A stretch of DNA of 64,000 bases from an uncultured Erysipelotrichaceae bacterium (lineage in GTDB: Bacteria; Bacillota_I; Bacilli_A; RFN20; CAG-826), in the NCBI GenBank assembly GCA_902797855.1, contig CADBUI010000017.1, forward strand, positions 6,560-70,559, written 5' to 3'. Each line of letters begins with the position of its first letter. The first letter of the stretch is position 1. The translations under genes were made by a program, and so were the position numbers. This document shows positions 20,831 through 30,273 of this stretch, piece after piece. A model generated the notes under the pieces. The model ran no database searches and was not told the DNA's origin. It worked only from the letters and a program-made list of their open reading frames with translations.

Positions 20831-21934
20831 TTATTTACCTTCTAATTTTCTTTTTCTTCTTGATAAGAAGATGACTAGGAATACCGCTAATCCGATAGCG
20901 ATAACTGAGCCAGCAACAATTAAAGCAATTGCCCAAACTGGGAATGAACTTTCTTGGCTAGGATCAACGCTTGGATTATCTCCTGGATCATCTGGGTCAG
21001 GTTGGCCTGGTTCAGGAAGTGGTTTTGGATATGTTGTATTACATAAATTTTTCACTGACGCAGAGACTTTTTCACCAAAGATATGACAAGCATATTCTGG
21101 GTGGTCAACGAATGGATTACGGTTCTTTTGAACCGATGTCTTTTCAGCGTATTCGTTACGATGACCTTCTAATGCATCTGGTTTATCAGCAATATGCCAT
21201 TTAAGCATTGTGTCAAAACTCTCAAATACATTTGTGAGCTGCGGAAGCTTGCTACCATACTCTTCGTGATAAGCAGTCCAAACATACATGCAAATACGGG
21301 CAACATCACCTTTGGATGCCTCTAAAGGCATAAAAGTAGAACCGTTGTCGTATCCATAATCCATTCCATCGTATGTTTTCTTATATGAAGTACTGACGGT
21401 ACCATATTTATGGTTTCCACGAGTGGAATTAGTTGTTTCATAAACTGGACGGATATGAAGCAAGTCACTACCACCACGAGTTGTACCCCAGCAACCACCA
21501 GAGAGATTTTGAGGCCATACATGTTCTCTATTCCAGTTAGAGGCACTTTGTGACCAGCGTTTAGTGTACGAGTTTCTGGTATATAAAAGCACCATGTTCG
21601 CACTATTAGTAGGATCTTCATCCGCGTATTGGAGAACTTCGGAAAGCGCGCCTTTTACATCACTTCCATATTGAGGAACTGATTTTGGGTTGGATAACTT
21701 TGTTAATTCACTTCTAAGTGTGCCATTTAATCCATCGGTTAAAGAAGAATCAATGACAACTTTTTTGGAGTTTTGAGAATAATAAGTTCCACTATAAGTA
21801 AAATCAGCATAGTTTCCAGCATGTTGAGTAGCGTTAACTTCAATAGCTTTATCTTTGATAATAAATCCACTTAAGGTCGCTAAAGACATTGCAGACAACG
21901 CAAAAAGTGGGAAGATAATATTTTTAGTTTTCAC
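20831..21934 (-). CDS. membrane-anchored endonuclease I family nuclease (short paralogue)
   Basis: NREHVWPQNL, DLLHIRPVYETTNSTRGNHKYG, KGDVARICMYVWTAY and NRNPFVDHP, plus a Pro/Asp-rich stalk and a C-terminal TM helix. The ORF-track start at 21961 is a TTG inside the RDD gene. GTG at 21934, 10 nt after GGAGG, is preferred. Confidence 0.85.
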   Translation of the reverse strand: MKTKNIIFPLFALSAMSLATLSGFIIKDKAIEVNATQHAGNYADFTYSGTYYSQNSKKVVIDSSLTDGLNGTLRSELTKLSNPKSVPQYGSDVKGALSEVLQYADEDPTNSANMVLLYTRNSYTKRWSQSASNWNREHVWPQNLSGGCWGTTRGGSDLLHIRPVYETTNSTRGNHKYGTVSTSYKKTYDGMDYGYDNGSTFMPLEASKGDVARICMYVWTAYHEEYGSKLPQLTNVFESFDTMLKWHIADKPDALEGHRNEYAEKTSVQKNRNPFVDHPEYACHIFGEKVSASVKNLCNTTYPKPLPEPGQPDPDDPGDNPSVDPSQESSFPVWAIALIVAGSVIAIGLAVFLVIFLSRRKRKLEGK

Positions 21935-22364
21935 GATTACGATGCCTCCAATCCACTGCAATTGTGTCAGTTAATCTATCACTGACACTTTTTTCAGTAT
22001 GAACGATGAGTATGTAAAATAAGTTAATGATAATCATGATAAGTAAACCATGAACAGCGCTTATACATAAACAATCCTTAAAGGATAGGTGTCTATTATC
22101 AGCGTGAATAATCTTAATTCCAAGTAAAGCATTTCCGAATGTTCGACCATTAAAGATGAACATGATTAATGTTGATAAAAATGTATATATTATCCATTGG
22201 ATAAGTAGCCCACCAATAAGCATAAAATACCATGGTGTAGCGTAGTTATATTCCATGTTTATAAAATAAAAAAGCCAAATTAGCCCCGCTACAATTGGAG
22301 CGGATATAATCACAATATCAATTAAGTAAGCGATAACTCGTTTATGTAATTTAGCAGTATTCAT
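21924..22364 (-). CDS. RDD-family-like small membrane protein
   Basis: 146 aa. N-terminus RVIAYLIDIVIISAP followed by 3-4 TM helices. Overlaps the hemW 3' end by 14 nt. Confidence 0.6.
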   Translation of the reverse strand: MNTAKLHKRVIAYLIDIVIISAPIVAGLIWLFYFINMEYNYATPWYFMLIGGLLIQWIIYTFLSTLIMFIFNGRTFGNALLGIKIIHADNRHLSFKDCLCISAVHGLLIMIIINLFYILIVHTEKSVSDRLTDTIAVDWRHRNREN

Positions 22365-23457
22365 AGAGTTTTACTAATACGAAATCTAATAAAATTAGAC
22401 CTTCATCGCTTAACATTATACTATCTTTTGAGATAGAAAAGAGAGAATTTTTGTTTAGCGAAGTAATTACCTCTTTGAATTTCATTTCAAAATCCACTCC
22501 GAATCGCTTTTTAAAATCTTCCTTTTTGAAACCTTTTTCAAGCCTTAGATTTGTGAGTAGATAATCTTCCATTTCACTAGTTGGAGTTACCTCTTCTTTT
22601 GTATCGATAAATTCTTTAGCTAAATATTTCTTTAAACTGGAGGTATTTTTGTATCTAACTTTGTTAAGATATCCGCTCGCTCCTAGTCCTAGTCCATAAT
22701 ATTCTTCGTCTTTCCAGTAGGTTAAATTATGTCTAGAATATCTCTTATTTTTAGCAAAGTTAGATATCTCATAACGTTCATAACCGGCTTCTCTAAGCTT
22801 AGAGACAATTAGTTCATAAAATTCCCTACTTGTATTCTCATCTTGTTCTTTAATTCCCATATTAAAAAACATCGATCCTTTTTCAACAATGAGTGAATAA
22901 ATAGAGATATGAGGGACATCTAAAGATAAAATGTTATCTAAATCGGTTTTTAAATCTTCAAGACTTTGTCCTGGTAAACCATAAATTAAATCGACGTTGA
23001 TATTATCAAAGCCTTTTTCTTTTGTGAGGCTTACTACTGAAACAGCATCTTTAAATGTGTGATGACGATTGATGCTTTGTAGCATCTTATCTGAAGTTGA
23101 TTCCACTCCAATGGAGATGCGGTTCACTCCACATTCTTTAAAGATATCTAGTTTATTAGCATCTAGATTTTCAACGTTTGCTTCAACTGTAAATTCTCCA
23201 CCATCATTTAGATGAGGTTTTAAAGCAAGAAGAATTCGTTTTAAATCAGAATCTTTTAATGATGTTGGGGTGCCACCACCAACGTAGATAGTGTCAACTT
23301 TACCAATATGGTAAGAATCTAATTCATAAAGTAAAACATCCACATATTTTTTGGCGAACTCTTCATTGTAGATGAGTTTTGTGAAGTCACAATATTTACA
23401 TATATGTGCACAAAAAGGTATGTGGATGTATAAAGATTTTGGTGATGGTTTATTCAT
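22351..23457 (-). CDS. hemW: radical-SAM heme chaperone HemW (HemN-like, YqeR position)
   Basis: LYIHIPFCAHICKYC radical-SAM cluster motif and a HemN_C-like C-terminus. The start was set to ATG 23457 (MNKPSP...), which overlaps the upstream stop within ATGAATAA. Confidence 0.88.
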   Translation of the reverse strand: MNKPSPKSLYIHIPFCAHICKYCDFTKLIYNEEFAKKYVDVLLYELDSYHIGKVDTIYVGGGTPTSLKDSDLKRILLALKPHLNDGGEFTVEANVENLDANKLDIFKECGVNRISIGVESTSDKMLQSINRHHTFKDAVSVVSLTKEKGFDNINVDLIYGLPGQSLEDLKTDLDNILSLDVPHISIYSLIVEKGSMFFNMGIKEQDENTSREFYELIVSKLREAGYERYEISNFAKNKRYSRHNLTYWKDEEYYGLGLGASGYLNKVRYKNTSSLKKYLAKEFIDTKEEVTPTSEMEDYLLTNLRLEKGFKKEDFKKRFGVDFEMKFKEVITSLNKNSLFSISKDSIMLSDEGLILLDFVLVKLYEYC

Positions 23458-23704
23458 CTTTAGATGGATCATGAGCTTCATTGTCCATCATTTGTTTTTT
23501 AACTTCCTCGTCTTCAATAGGCACTAAGATGCGGTCAAGTTCCTCTTGAATTGCTTCTTCTTCAGTGAGGTCATCTTTTTTAATTTGAAGAGGAGCAACG
23601 TGTCTTTTAACAATAATAATTATAATAATAATTAAACCGAAGAATCCGAGTAGACCAAGGATTATCCAAAGTGGTAATAAATCGTTTCCTGCTAGAAAGT
23701 ACAT
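23450..23704 (-). CDS. small single-pass membrane protein with an acidic tail
   Basis: 84 aa. One strong TM helix (LWIILGLLGFFGLIIIIIIIV) followed by an acidic C-terminus. Translationally coupled to hemW. Confidence 0.55.
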   Translation of the reverse strand: MYFLAGNDLLPLWIILGLLGFFGLIIIIIIIVKRHVAPLQIKKDDLTEEEAIQEELDRILVPIEDEEVKKQMMDNEAHDPSKDE

Positions 23705-23715
23705 ACTCTTCCTCC

Positions 23716-25188
23716 TTAATCAAGTTTTACTGGGGTATAAACAAACTTGTTTTTGACTTGTTCGCGTTTATAATATCCCTTTTTCGCTAAATTATCCATA
23801 CTTGTACGCGCAGTTTCATAAACAACGCCTTCAGCTTTCTTATATTGCTGAATCGTGTAGAACTTACCTAACGTGCAGTGTCTAACATAGAAGTGCGCTT
23901 GATGCGAACGAAGTTCTGGATCACTTTCAAGCATGTCTTCTTCCATTTGTTTAAAGTTTTTATCTTCACTGACAACTGATACTGGTTTAGCAAGTATCGT
24001 TGGTTCGCTTTTAACTTTGTTAACTTTTGGTGTTGGAGTTACTTCAACCTTTTGAACAGGCTTTTCTTCCACGACTGGAGCGACTGGTTCAACAGGTTTT
24101 ACTTCTTCCACGACTGGTTCTTCTTTAATAGGTTCACTAACTTCTAAAGAAGACTTAGGCATATCAAAACCGAATTCTTCTTTAAATGAAACTGGATCAT
24201 CTCCACGATAGTAATCGTTTTGAACTTCAGTAATTTCAAGTCTATTAATAATATTAATGGAGTTATCAATGATACGGATAACTTCTGCATTAGTATAAGA
24301 AAGGATATAAGTGAGGTCTCTAGATTTTTGAACTTCTTTAGAAAGAGCTCTAAATTTATCAAAATTATCAGCGAGCAAACTCTCTAATGGAAGGATACTA
24401 GTAGATGAAACATTATGGCGAACAAGCATAGCTTTAACCATAAGTATCGCCATAAGTTCATTGTATTTTTCAAATGGTTTAATGTAATCCATCATGTATA
24501 AAATGGCAGCAATCTTCACTCCAACTTCAGTGGATTCATCTTTGATGAAATCAAGGAGGTTTTCCATAAGTTCTTCGATTAAACGAACAGGCGCTCCCAT
24601 GTACTCACGATTGATTAAAGCGCGTTGAGAATAAACATCAAAGTCATTAACGCGGTAGAAAGAAATAAGTTCTTCTGAACCACATAACATTTGATATAGC
24701 TTAGCTAACATCTCTTCATCAATGTTTCCGTAGATGTCTCTTTCAACATATTGAAGAGCCTTATAATAATTCACAATTAAATCATATTGACCATCAACTG
24801 GACGATTATTGATGATGTTGCTTATAGCAACTTCGTTAAGAGCAGTTTTTAAAATCTTTCCCGCTGCGTATAATTCCGACTTTCTTTGACGATGAAGAAT
24901 ATTAATTCTTTCAAGTGAGTCATTATCAAACTTATTATATAAGTCAGAAAGTTGACTGAGTTTATTTGCTAGCTCGTCGACCTTAGTAGATATAGAAGAA
25001 AGATAGGTGATTTGATATCTAGCTTTTGAAATATCACTAAGTGATGTGGCACGAGCATAGTTACGACGATAGATTAAAATATTGTTCCAAATACCATCGA
25101 TTAAATTTGTTCCAAGTGCTTTAGCGACTTCACTACGTGTTGAGTAGCTTTCTTCACTGAAACGAATAGAGAGTTGATCGTTATCCAT
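23716..25188 (-). CDS. Fic-fold-like protein with a degenerate active-site motif, a Pro/Val/Glu-rich linker and a C-terminal winged-helix-like domain
   Basis: 490 aa. The segment YIKPFEKYNELMAIL sits where Fic proteins carry HPFxxGNGRxxR. Linker EPIKEEPVVEEVKPVEPVAPVVEEKPVQK. The assignment is tentative. Confidence 0.45.
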   Translation of the reverse strand: MDNDQLSIRFSEESYSTRSEVAKALGTNLIDGIWNNILIYRRNYARATSLSDISKARYQITYLSSISTKVDELANKLSQLSDLYNKFDNDSLERINILHRQRKSELYAAGKILKTALNEVAISNIINNRPVDGQYDLIVNYYKALQYVERDIYGNIDEEMLAKLYQMLCGSEELISFYRVNDFDVYSQRALINREYMGAPVRLIEELMENLLDFIKDESTEVGVKIAAILYMMDYIKPFEKYNELMAILMVKAMLVRHNVSSTSILPLESLLADNFDKFRALSKEVQKSRDLTYILSYTNAEVIRIIDNSINIINRLEITEVQNDYYRGDDPVSFKEEFGFDMPKSSLEVSEPIKEEPVVEEVKPVEPVAPVVEEKPVQKVEVTPTPKVNKVKSEPTILAKPVSVVSEDKNFKQMEEDMLESDPELRSHQAHFYVRHCTLGKFYTIQQYKKAEGVVYETARTSMDNLAKKGYYKREQVKNKFVYTPVKLD

Positions 25189-25280
25189 AATAAAATCCTC
25201 GCTTACAAGCTAATTATAAACGAGGAAATCATCTATTACAATAGAAACTACTAATTTGATACTAAATAATGACTAGATAT

Positions 25281-27092
25281 CTACTCTTCATCATCAATTG
25301 ATAATACTGTCATGAAGGCTTCTTGTGGAACTTCAACACTACCGATAGCCTTCATGCGTTTCTTACCTTCTTTTTGCTTTTCAAGCAATTTACGTTTTCT
25401 GGTGATATCTCCACCATAGCATTTGGCTAAGACATCTTTACGAACAGCTTTAATATCTGCTCTAGCGATGACTTTGCCATTTATGGCAGCCTGAACAGGA
25501 ACTTCGAATTGTTGCCTTGGAATAATCTCTTTAAGTTTACGGACTACAATCGATCCTCTTTCATAAGCGTTCCCACGATAAACAATTGTGCTTAAAGCAT
25601 CGATTGGTTCTCCATTAAGGAGAATATCCATCTTCGATAAATTTCCAGCGTGATATCCACTATATTCATAATCGAATGAAGCATATCCCTTCGTGTAACT
25701 TTTTAGTTTATCAAAGAAATTGTAAACAATTTCGCTGAGAGGTAATTCGTAAGAAATAATCATTCTGGTATCATCAAAATACTCAAGGTCGATATATATG
25801 CCTCTTTTCTTTTGGCAGAGGTCCATAACTGGACCTACATATTCTTTTGGAGTCATGATACTCGCTTTAACGAATGGCTCTTGAATTTCTCGAATTGTTG
25901 TTAAGTCTGGAAGCTTTGATGGGTTATCAAGTTCTATCATTTCACCTTTGGTGAGATAGACGTGATAGATAACACTTGGTGCGGTTAAAATTAGATCTAA
26001 ACCATATTCTCTTTCCAGTCTTTCTTGGACAACATCCATATGAAGTAATCCAAGGAAGCCGCATCTAAAACCAAAGCCTAAGGCTTGGCTAGTTTCAGCT
26101 TCAAAGGTTAAGGAAGCATCGTTTAGAGATAATTTCTCTAAAGCATCTTTTAAATCTAGGTATTTCTTTGAGTCTACTGGATATAGTCCACAAAACACCA
26201 TTGGGTTCATGCGTTTATATCCTGGGAGAGCTTCTTTAGCTGGATTAGTCGCTAAAGTGACGGTTTCACCAGGGAATACATCTTTGATGTCTTTGATTTG
26301 AGCGGCGATATAGCCAACTTCCCCTGCGGACAACTCGTTCTTCTTTAACTCCTTTGGAGTTCTTATTCCAACTTCAGTCACTAAATAGTCATGATTAGCG
26401 GCCATAAGTCTAATTGTGTCCCCCACTTTAACTGAACCATTTTTAATTCTCACTAAGATAATTACTCCACGATACGAATCATAATAAGAATCGAAGATAA
26501 GGGCCTGTAAAGGGGCATTATAATCGCCGTTTGGGGCAGGGATATCTCTTACTACCATCTCAAGAACTTCGTCCACTCCTTGGCCTGTTTTCGCGCTTAC
26601 TTCACAAGCGTTAGCGCAGCTGATACCAATTCTCTTTTCAATTTCATCTTTGACAAGTTCAGGCATTGCTGAAGGTAAATCAACTTTGTTGATAATTGGG
26701 ATTATTTCGAGATTATTGTCCACTGCTAAATATACATTAGCGAGGGTTTGAGCTTCCACGCCTTGGGTTGCATCCACGACAAGTAAACAACCTTCACACG
26801 CTGCGAGTGAACGTGATACTTCGTAAGAAAAGTCGACATGCCCTGGAGTGTCAATTAGATTAAACATATAATCATGACCATCTTTCGCATGGTACTTTAA
26901 AGTAACTGCGTTAAGCTTAATCGTAATTCCTCTTTCTCTTTCTAAGTCCATTGAGTCGAGGATTTGATCTTTCATTTCTCTTTTAGAAATGGTTTCGGTT
27001 AATTCTAAAATACGATCCGCTAGAGTGGATTTCCCGTGGTCGATATGAGCAATTATTGAGAAATTGCGGATGTATTTTTGGTCGATTTCCAT
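25281..27092 (-). CDS. lepA: elongation factor 4 (LepA)
   Basis: [17 protein letters not shown] and NKVD. 603 aa with a LepA-type C-terminal domain. Confidence 0.97.
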   Translation of the reverse strand: MEIDQKYIRNFSIIAHIDHGKSTLADRILELTETISKREMKDQILDSMDLERERGITIKLNAVTLKYHAKDGHDYMFNLIDTPGHVDFSYEVSRSLAACEGCLLVVDATQGVEAQTLANVYLAVDNNLEIIPIINKVDLPSAMPELVKDEIEKRIGISCANACEVSAKTGQGVDEVLEMVVRDIPAPNGDYNAPLQALIFDSYYDSYRGVIILVRIKNGSVKVGDTIRLMAANHDYLVTEVGIRTPKELKKNELSAGEVGYIAAQIKDIKDVFPGETVTLATNPAKEALPGYKRMNPMVFCGLYPVDSKKYLDLKDALEKLSLNDASLTFEAETSQALGFGFRCGFLGLLHMDVVQERLEREYGLDLILTAPSVIYHVYLTKGEMIELDNPSKLPDLTTIREIQEPFVKASIMTPKEYVGPVMDLCQKKRGIYIDLEYFDDTRMIISYELPLSEIVYNFFDKLKSYTKGYASFDYEYSGYHAGNLSKMDILLNGEPIDALSTIVYRGNAYERGSIVVRKLKEIIPRQQFEVPVQAAINGKVIARADIKAVRKDVLAKCYGGDITRKRKLLEKQKEGKKRMKAIGSVEVPQEAFMTVLSIDDEE

Positions 27093-27118
27093 ACTTTCAA
27101 AATTATATCAAAGATATA

Positions 27119-29455
27119 TTACTTGTCACTTTTTTTCCAAAATCTAGAGGCGACATCTTTGATGTCTTCTTTAGAAGTCACAACGTGATAGTTGCTCCAA
27201 GAGTAATTAAATAAATCATGATATCTATCGCTTAAATAGCGATCATCAATAAGTAAAGCAACACCTCTATCATTCTCACTTCTAATCACTCTACCCACAG
27301 CCTGAAGGACTTTGTTGATACCTGGATCAACATAGGCATAATCAAATCCTTTTTTGTCTTTTTTATCAAAGTAATCTTTGATTAAATCTCTTTCAAAACA
27401 AATCTGAGGTAGCCCTACTCCAATAACAATAACTCCTATAAGGCGGTCACTAACAAGGTCGATACCTTCTCCAAAGGCTCCTCCAACCACTGCTAGTCCA
27501 ATTGTAGTATGTTGAGGTTTTTCTTTAAATAAAGAAAGGAACTGAGTTTTAGCGACATCATTCATATCTTTTTCTTGGACGAGAAGTTCAAAAGATTCAT
27601 CATTTAAAAATGATTCAAGTTGATAAAGGTATTCATAACTTGGAACATAGATAAAATAGTTCCCCACTTTAGTGGATACGAGTTCTTTAATATATTCACT
27701 AACCTCTTTAATCGTTGAATTTCTATTTTTATACTTAATAGAAATATGAGGAGCGACCATTAAACAAAGATTATCTTTTTTAAATGGAGATGGAAGCATA
27801 AGCATTGGATCATTTTTCACTCCACCGATTAAATCGATATAGTAATCAGTTGGTTGAAGTGTCGCTGAGAAGATGACTTTTCCTTTGATTCTATTCATTG
27901 AATTACGTAGTAAATCAGATGGATCAAGGCAGAAAAGATTAAGTGAGATATATTTTCCATCCTTATGAACGTATAAAGAGAATGTATCGTCATAATAATC
28001 AAGAAGCTTATAGAATTTGTTAAGTTCAAAGAAGAAATTCATAAAATCTTCATTGGCGTATTCGTGATGGTGTTTATTAACATCTGTCGCAGCGAGTAGA
28101 TAAGCGTTGATAGCGTTTAAATCTTTTTGACTAATACCTTCTAAAATAGTGTCACCATCTTGAAACTCTTCAAATGAGCTAAATATCTTTGATATTCGTT
28201 TCATTGCATTTTTAATCTTTTTATGTTCAAGATGCTTCACCGCTTTCTTAGCTTGCTTAAAGGAAAGGTTATTAATTGAGGCACTATACATTGATCTACC
28301 ACGTTCAACAAGGTTATGAGCCTCATCAACAAGGATTGATGTCACAAATCTATTATCATCAAAGAATCGTCTAAGATAGACCATTGGATCAAAGAAATAA
28401 TTGTAGTCACAGATGATAACATCACTATAAAGTGATAAATCTAAGGAAAGTTCAAATGGACACATCGCTTCATGAGTGGCAATCCTAGTGATTGTCTTTT
28501 CATCAAAGGATGTTTCACTAATAAGTGCATTATTAATTACTTTTCTAAGTTTTGTGTAATAGCCTTTCGCAAGTGGGCAATCATCCGGATTACATCCTTT
28601 ATCTGGATAAGGGCAAATTTTATCTTTTGCTGTAATTACAAGTTGAGTAACTTTTAATCCATTTTCTTTAAGTAATTCTATAGAATTATAAGCAACTTCT
28701 TTACCAGGATTTTTCGCTGTTAAATAGAAGAGTTTATCAATTGAGTTATCGCTATAAGACTTCACGAAAGGGTATATTGTGGACATCGTTTTACCAATGC
28801 CTGTTGGAGCTTCCACAAATAAGACTCCACCATTTTTAGCTATTCCATAGGAATATTTAGCGAGTTCTCTTTGACCTTTTCTAAATTTCTCAAATGGGAA
28901 TTCAAGATGCTTTGCGCTTTCGTTTCTCTTATTTATTCTCTTCTCAATTAGATGATAAAAGTCGAGATATTCTCTTATGAGAGAAGTGATATCTTCTTCA
29001 AGTTCACTAGTGAGAAAATCATACGACTTAATCATCGTTGATTTATCAATTTGATGGATATAGGTAAGTTGCACACCAACTTTGGAAAGCTTATATGTGT
29101 GAGCAATCATAAGTGCATAGCATTTCGCTTGCCCTAAATGCCACGCTTCATTTTCTTCATGGAATTCTTTTAAAGGTGCGACAGTTGATTTGATTTCATC
29201 AACGATCACTCCATCAGGGTTAAAAATTACTCCATCTGCCCTACCATCAAGAGTGACTTCATAACCATCAACTTCAAAAGTTTCTTTTAAATACATTTCA
29301 GAAACATAGTTTCTTGATTGTTTACCTTGATGATATAAATGTAATCTTGTTCCTTCACTCATCGTGGATTGGTTAAAAACACGGTCATCAATATCACCTT
29401 GTCTAAGTAGAAAGTCCACGAGTTCATGAACGCTAAGATTTAGAATCTTCGACAT
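27119..29455 (-). CDS. PD-(D/E)XK nuclease domain fused to an XPD/DinG-family Fe-S DNA helicase
   Basis: 778 aa. N-terminus: GRADGV...VDEIKS...QAKCYAL (RecB/Cas4-like D...ExK...QxxxY). Helicase: EAPTGIGKT (Walker A), VDEAHN (DEAH), QAVGRVIRS (motif VI). Cys cluster CPYPDKGCNPDDCP...CPFE lies between motifs I and II. Confidence 0.8.
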   Translation of the reverse strand: MSKILNLSVHELVDFLLRQGDIDDRVFNQSTMSEGTRLHLYHQGKQSRNYVSEMYLKETFEVDGYEVTLDGRADGVIFNPDGVIVDEIKSTVAPLKEFHEENEAWHLGQAKCYALMIAHTYKLSKVGVQLTYIHQIDKSTMIKSYDFLTSELEEDITSLIREYLDFYHLIEKRINKRNESAKHLEFPFEKFRKGQRELAKYSYGIAKNGGVLFVEAPTGIGKTMSTIYPFVKSYSDNSIDKLFYLTAKNPGKEVAYNSIELLKENGLKVTQLVITAKDKICPYPDKGCNPDDCPLAKGYYTKLRKVINNALISETSFDEKTITRIATHEAMCPFELSLDLSLYSDVIICDYNYFFDPMVYLRRFFDDNRFVTSILVDEAHNLVERGRSMYSASINNLSFKQAKKAVKHLEHKKIKNAMKRISKIFSSFEEFQDGDTILEGISQKDLNAINAYLLAATDVNKHHHEYANEDFMNFFFELNKFYKLLDYYDDTFSLYVHKDGKYISLNLFCLDPSDLLRNSMNRIKGKVIFSATLQPTDYYIDLIGGVKNDPMLMLPSPFKKDNLCLMVAPHISIKYKNRNSTIKEVSEYIKELVSTKVGNYFIYVPSYEYLYQLESFLNDESFELLVQEKDMNDVAKTQFLSLFKEKPQHTTIGLAVVGGAFGEGIDLVSDRLIGVIVIGVGLPQICFERDLIKDYFDKKDKKGFDYAYVDPGINKVLQAVGRVIRSENDRGVALLIDDRYLSDRYHDLFNYSWSNYHVVTSKEDIKDVASRFWKKSDK

Positions 29456-29499
29456 ATCTATATTCTAGCAAGACTAGTGATACTAGTCATTAAAGAAAA

Positions 29500-29526
29500 C
29501 AAAAAAACAGCGGCAATCGCCACTGT
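29500..29526 (-). terminator. rho-independent terminator after the 29544-30188 membrane protein gene
   Basis: Minus strand reads ACAGTGGCGATTGCCGCTGT (one mismatch) followed by TTTTTTTG. Confidence 0.7.
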
Positions 29527-29543
29527 TTGAAATTTGCTAAATG

Positions 29544-30188
29544 TTATTCAGCTTTTTCAGATTTGGCAACGACGACAGTAATGCCTGGGATTTTAACAAA
29601 TGTTAAAGCAATCATTAAAAGGGCATATAAAGCGACGAGAATGCCAAAGATGATAAGTTGGACATTTGATGGGATGACTGGTTCGTTATCACCTAAAGAC
29701 ATGCAAAGGAAGCCAATGACGACTGAGGCAACACCAACAAGGATTCCACCAATAACGGCTGGAAGTGCACTATTAACAGTTTTTGCGCGAATAGCTCTTA
29801 CTAAAGTAATTACTGCATCAGCAACGATAACTAAACCAACTGCAACCAAAAGGAATGGAACAACAGTAAGTAAGATCCAGATGAATGTTGCGGCGTATTT
29901 TGCGACGACTAAGGAAACACCTAAGCCAACGATAACGCCACCGAGTAATCCAACAGCAAGAAGAGACTTCTTAGCCATAATTACTGCAAAAATTGCTACG
30001 CAAAGGGATAATCCACCAATGACAATTAAGATGATACCTAAAATTAGGGAAATAGCATCTAAAGAGTCTTTAGCTGCACCCCAATCATTTCCACCCATGG
30101 TTGCACCAGCAACGATGCAAAGAATACCGATGGTAAGAACGATAAGAGCACTAATCCATTTGCCAATATTTCTTTTTACAAAATCCAT
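29544..30188 (-). CDS. Gly/Ala/Val/Ile-rich polytopic membrane protein, unknown function
   Basis: 214 aa with about 6 TM helices. GAAAGGAGA RBS lies before the ATG and a terminator follows. A full-length antisense ORF (29527-30228 +) is judged a shadow. Confidence 0.7.
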   Translation of the reverse strand: MDFVKRNIGKWISALIVLTIGILCIVAGATMGGNDWGAAKDSLDAISLILGIILIVIGGLSLCVAIFAVIMAKKSLLAVGLLGGVIVGLGVSLVVAKYAATFIWILLTVVPFLLVAVGLVIVADAVITLVRAIRAKTVNSALPAVIGGILVGVASVVIGFLCMSLGDNEPVIPSNVQLIIFGILVALYALLMIALTFVKIPGITVVVAKSEKAE

Positions 30189-30273
30189 ATTATCTCCTTT
30201 CTTAAAATCAACATATTATTATAAATAAAATTCACGAGAATAAAATAAAAAAGTTGCAATTTAATGCAACTGT

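Noticed and set aside
29527-30228. 233-aa plus-strand ORF fully overlapping the 214-aa minus-strand membrane protein gene
   Set aside because: Its translation is Thr/Pro/Ala/Lys-rich with no domain pattern, no RBS and no terminator. The minus-strand ORF has an RBS (GAAAGGAGA), a coherent TM-helix pattern and a downstream terminator. The plus ORF is an antisense shadow of a GC-richer hydrophobic gene.
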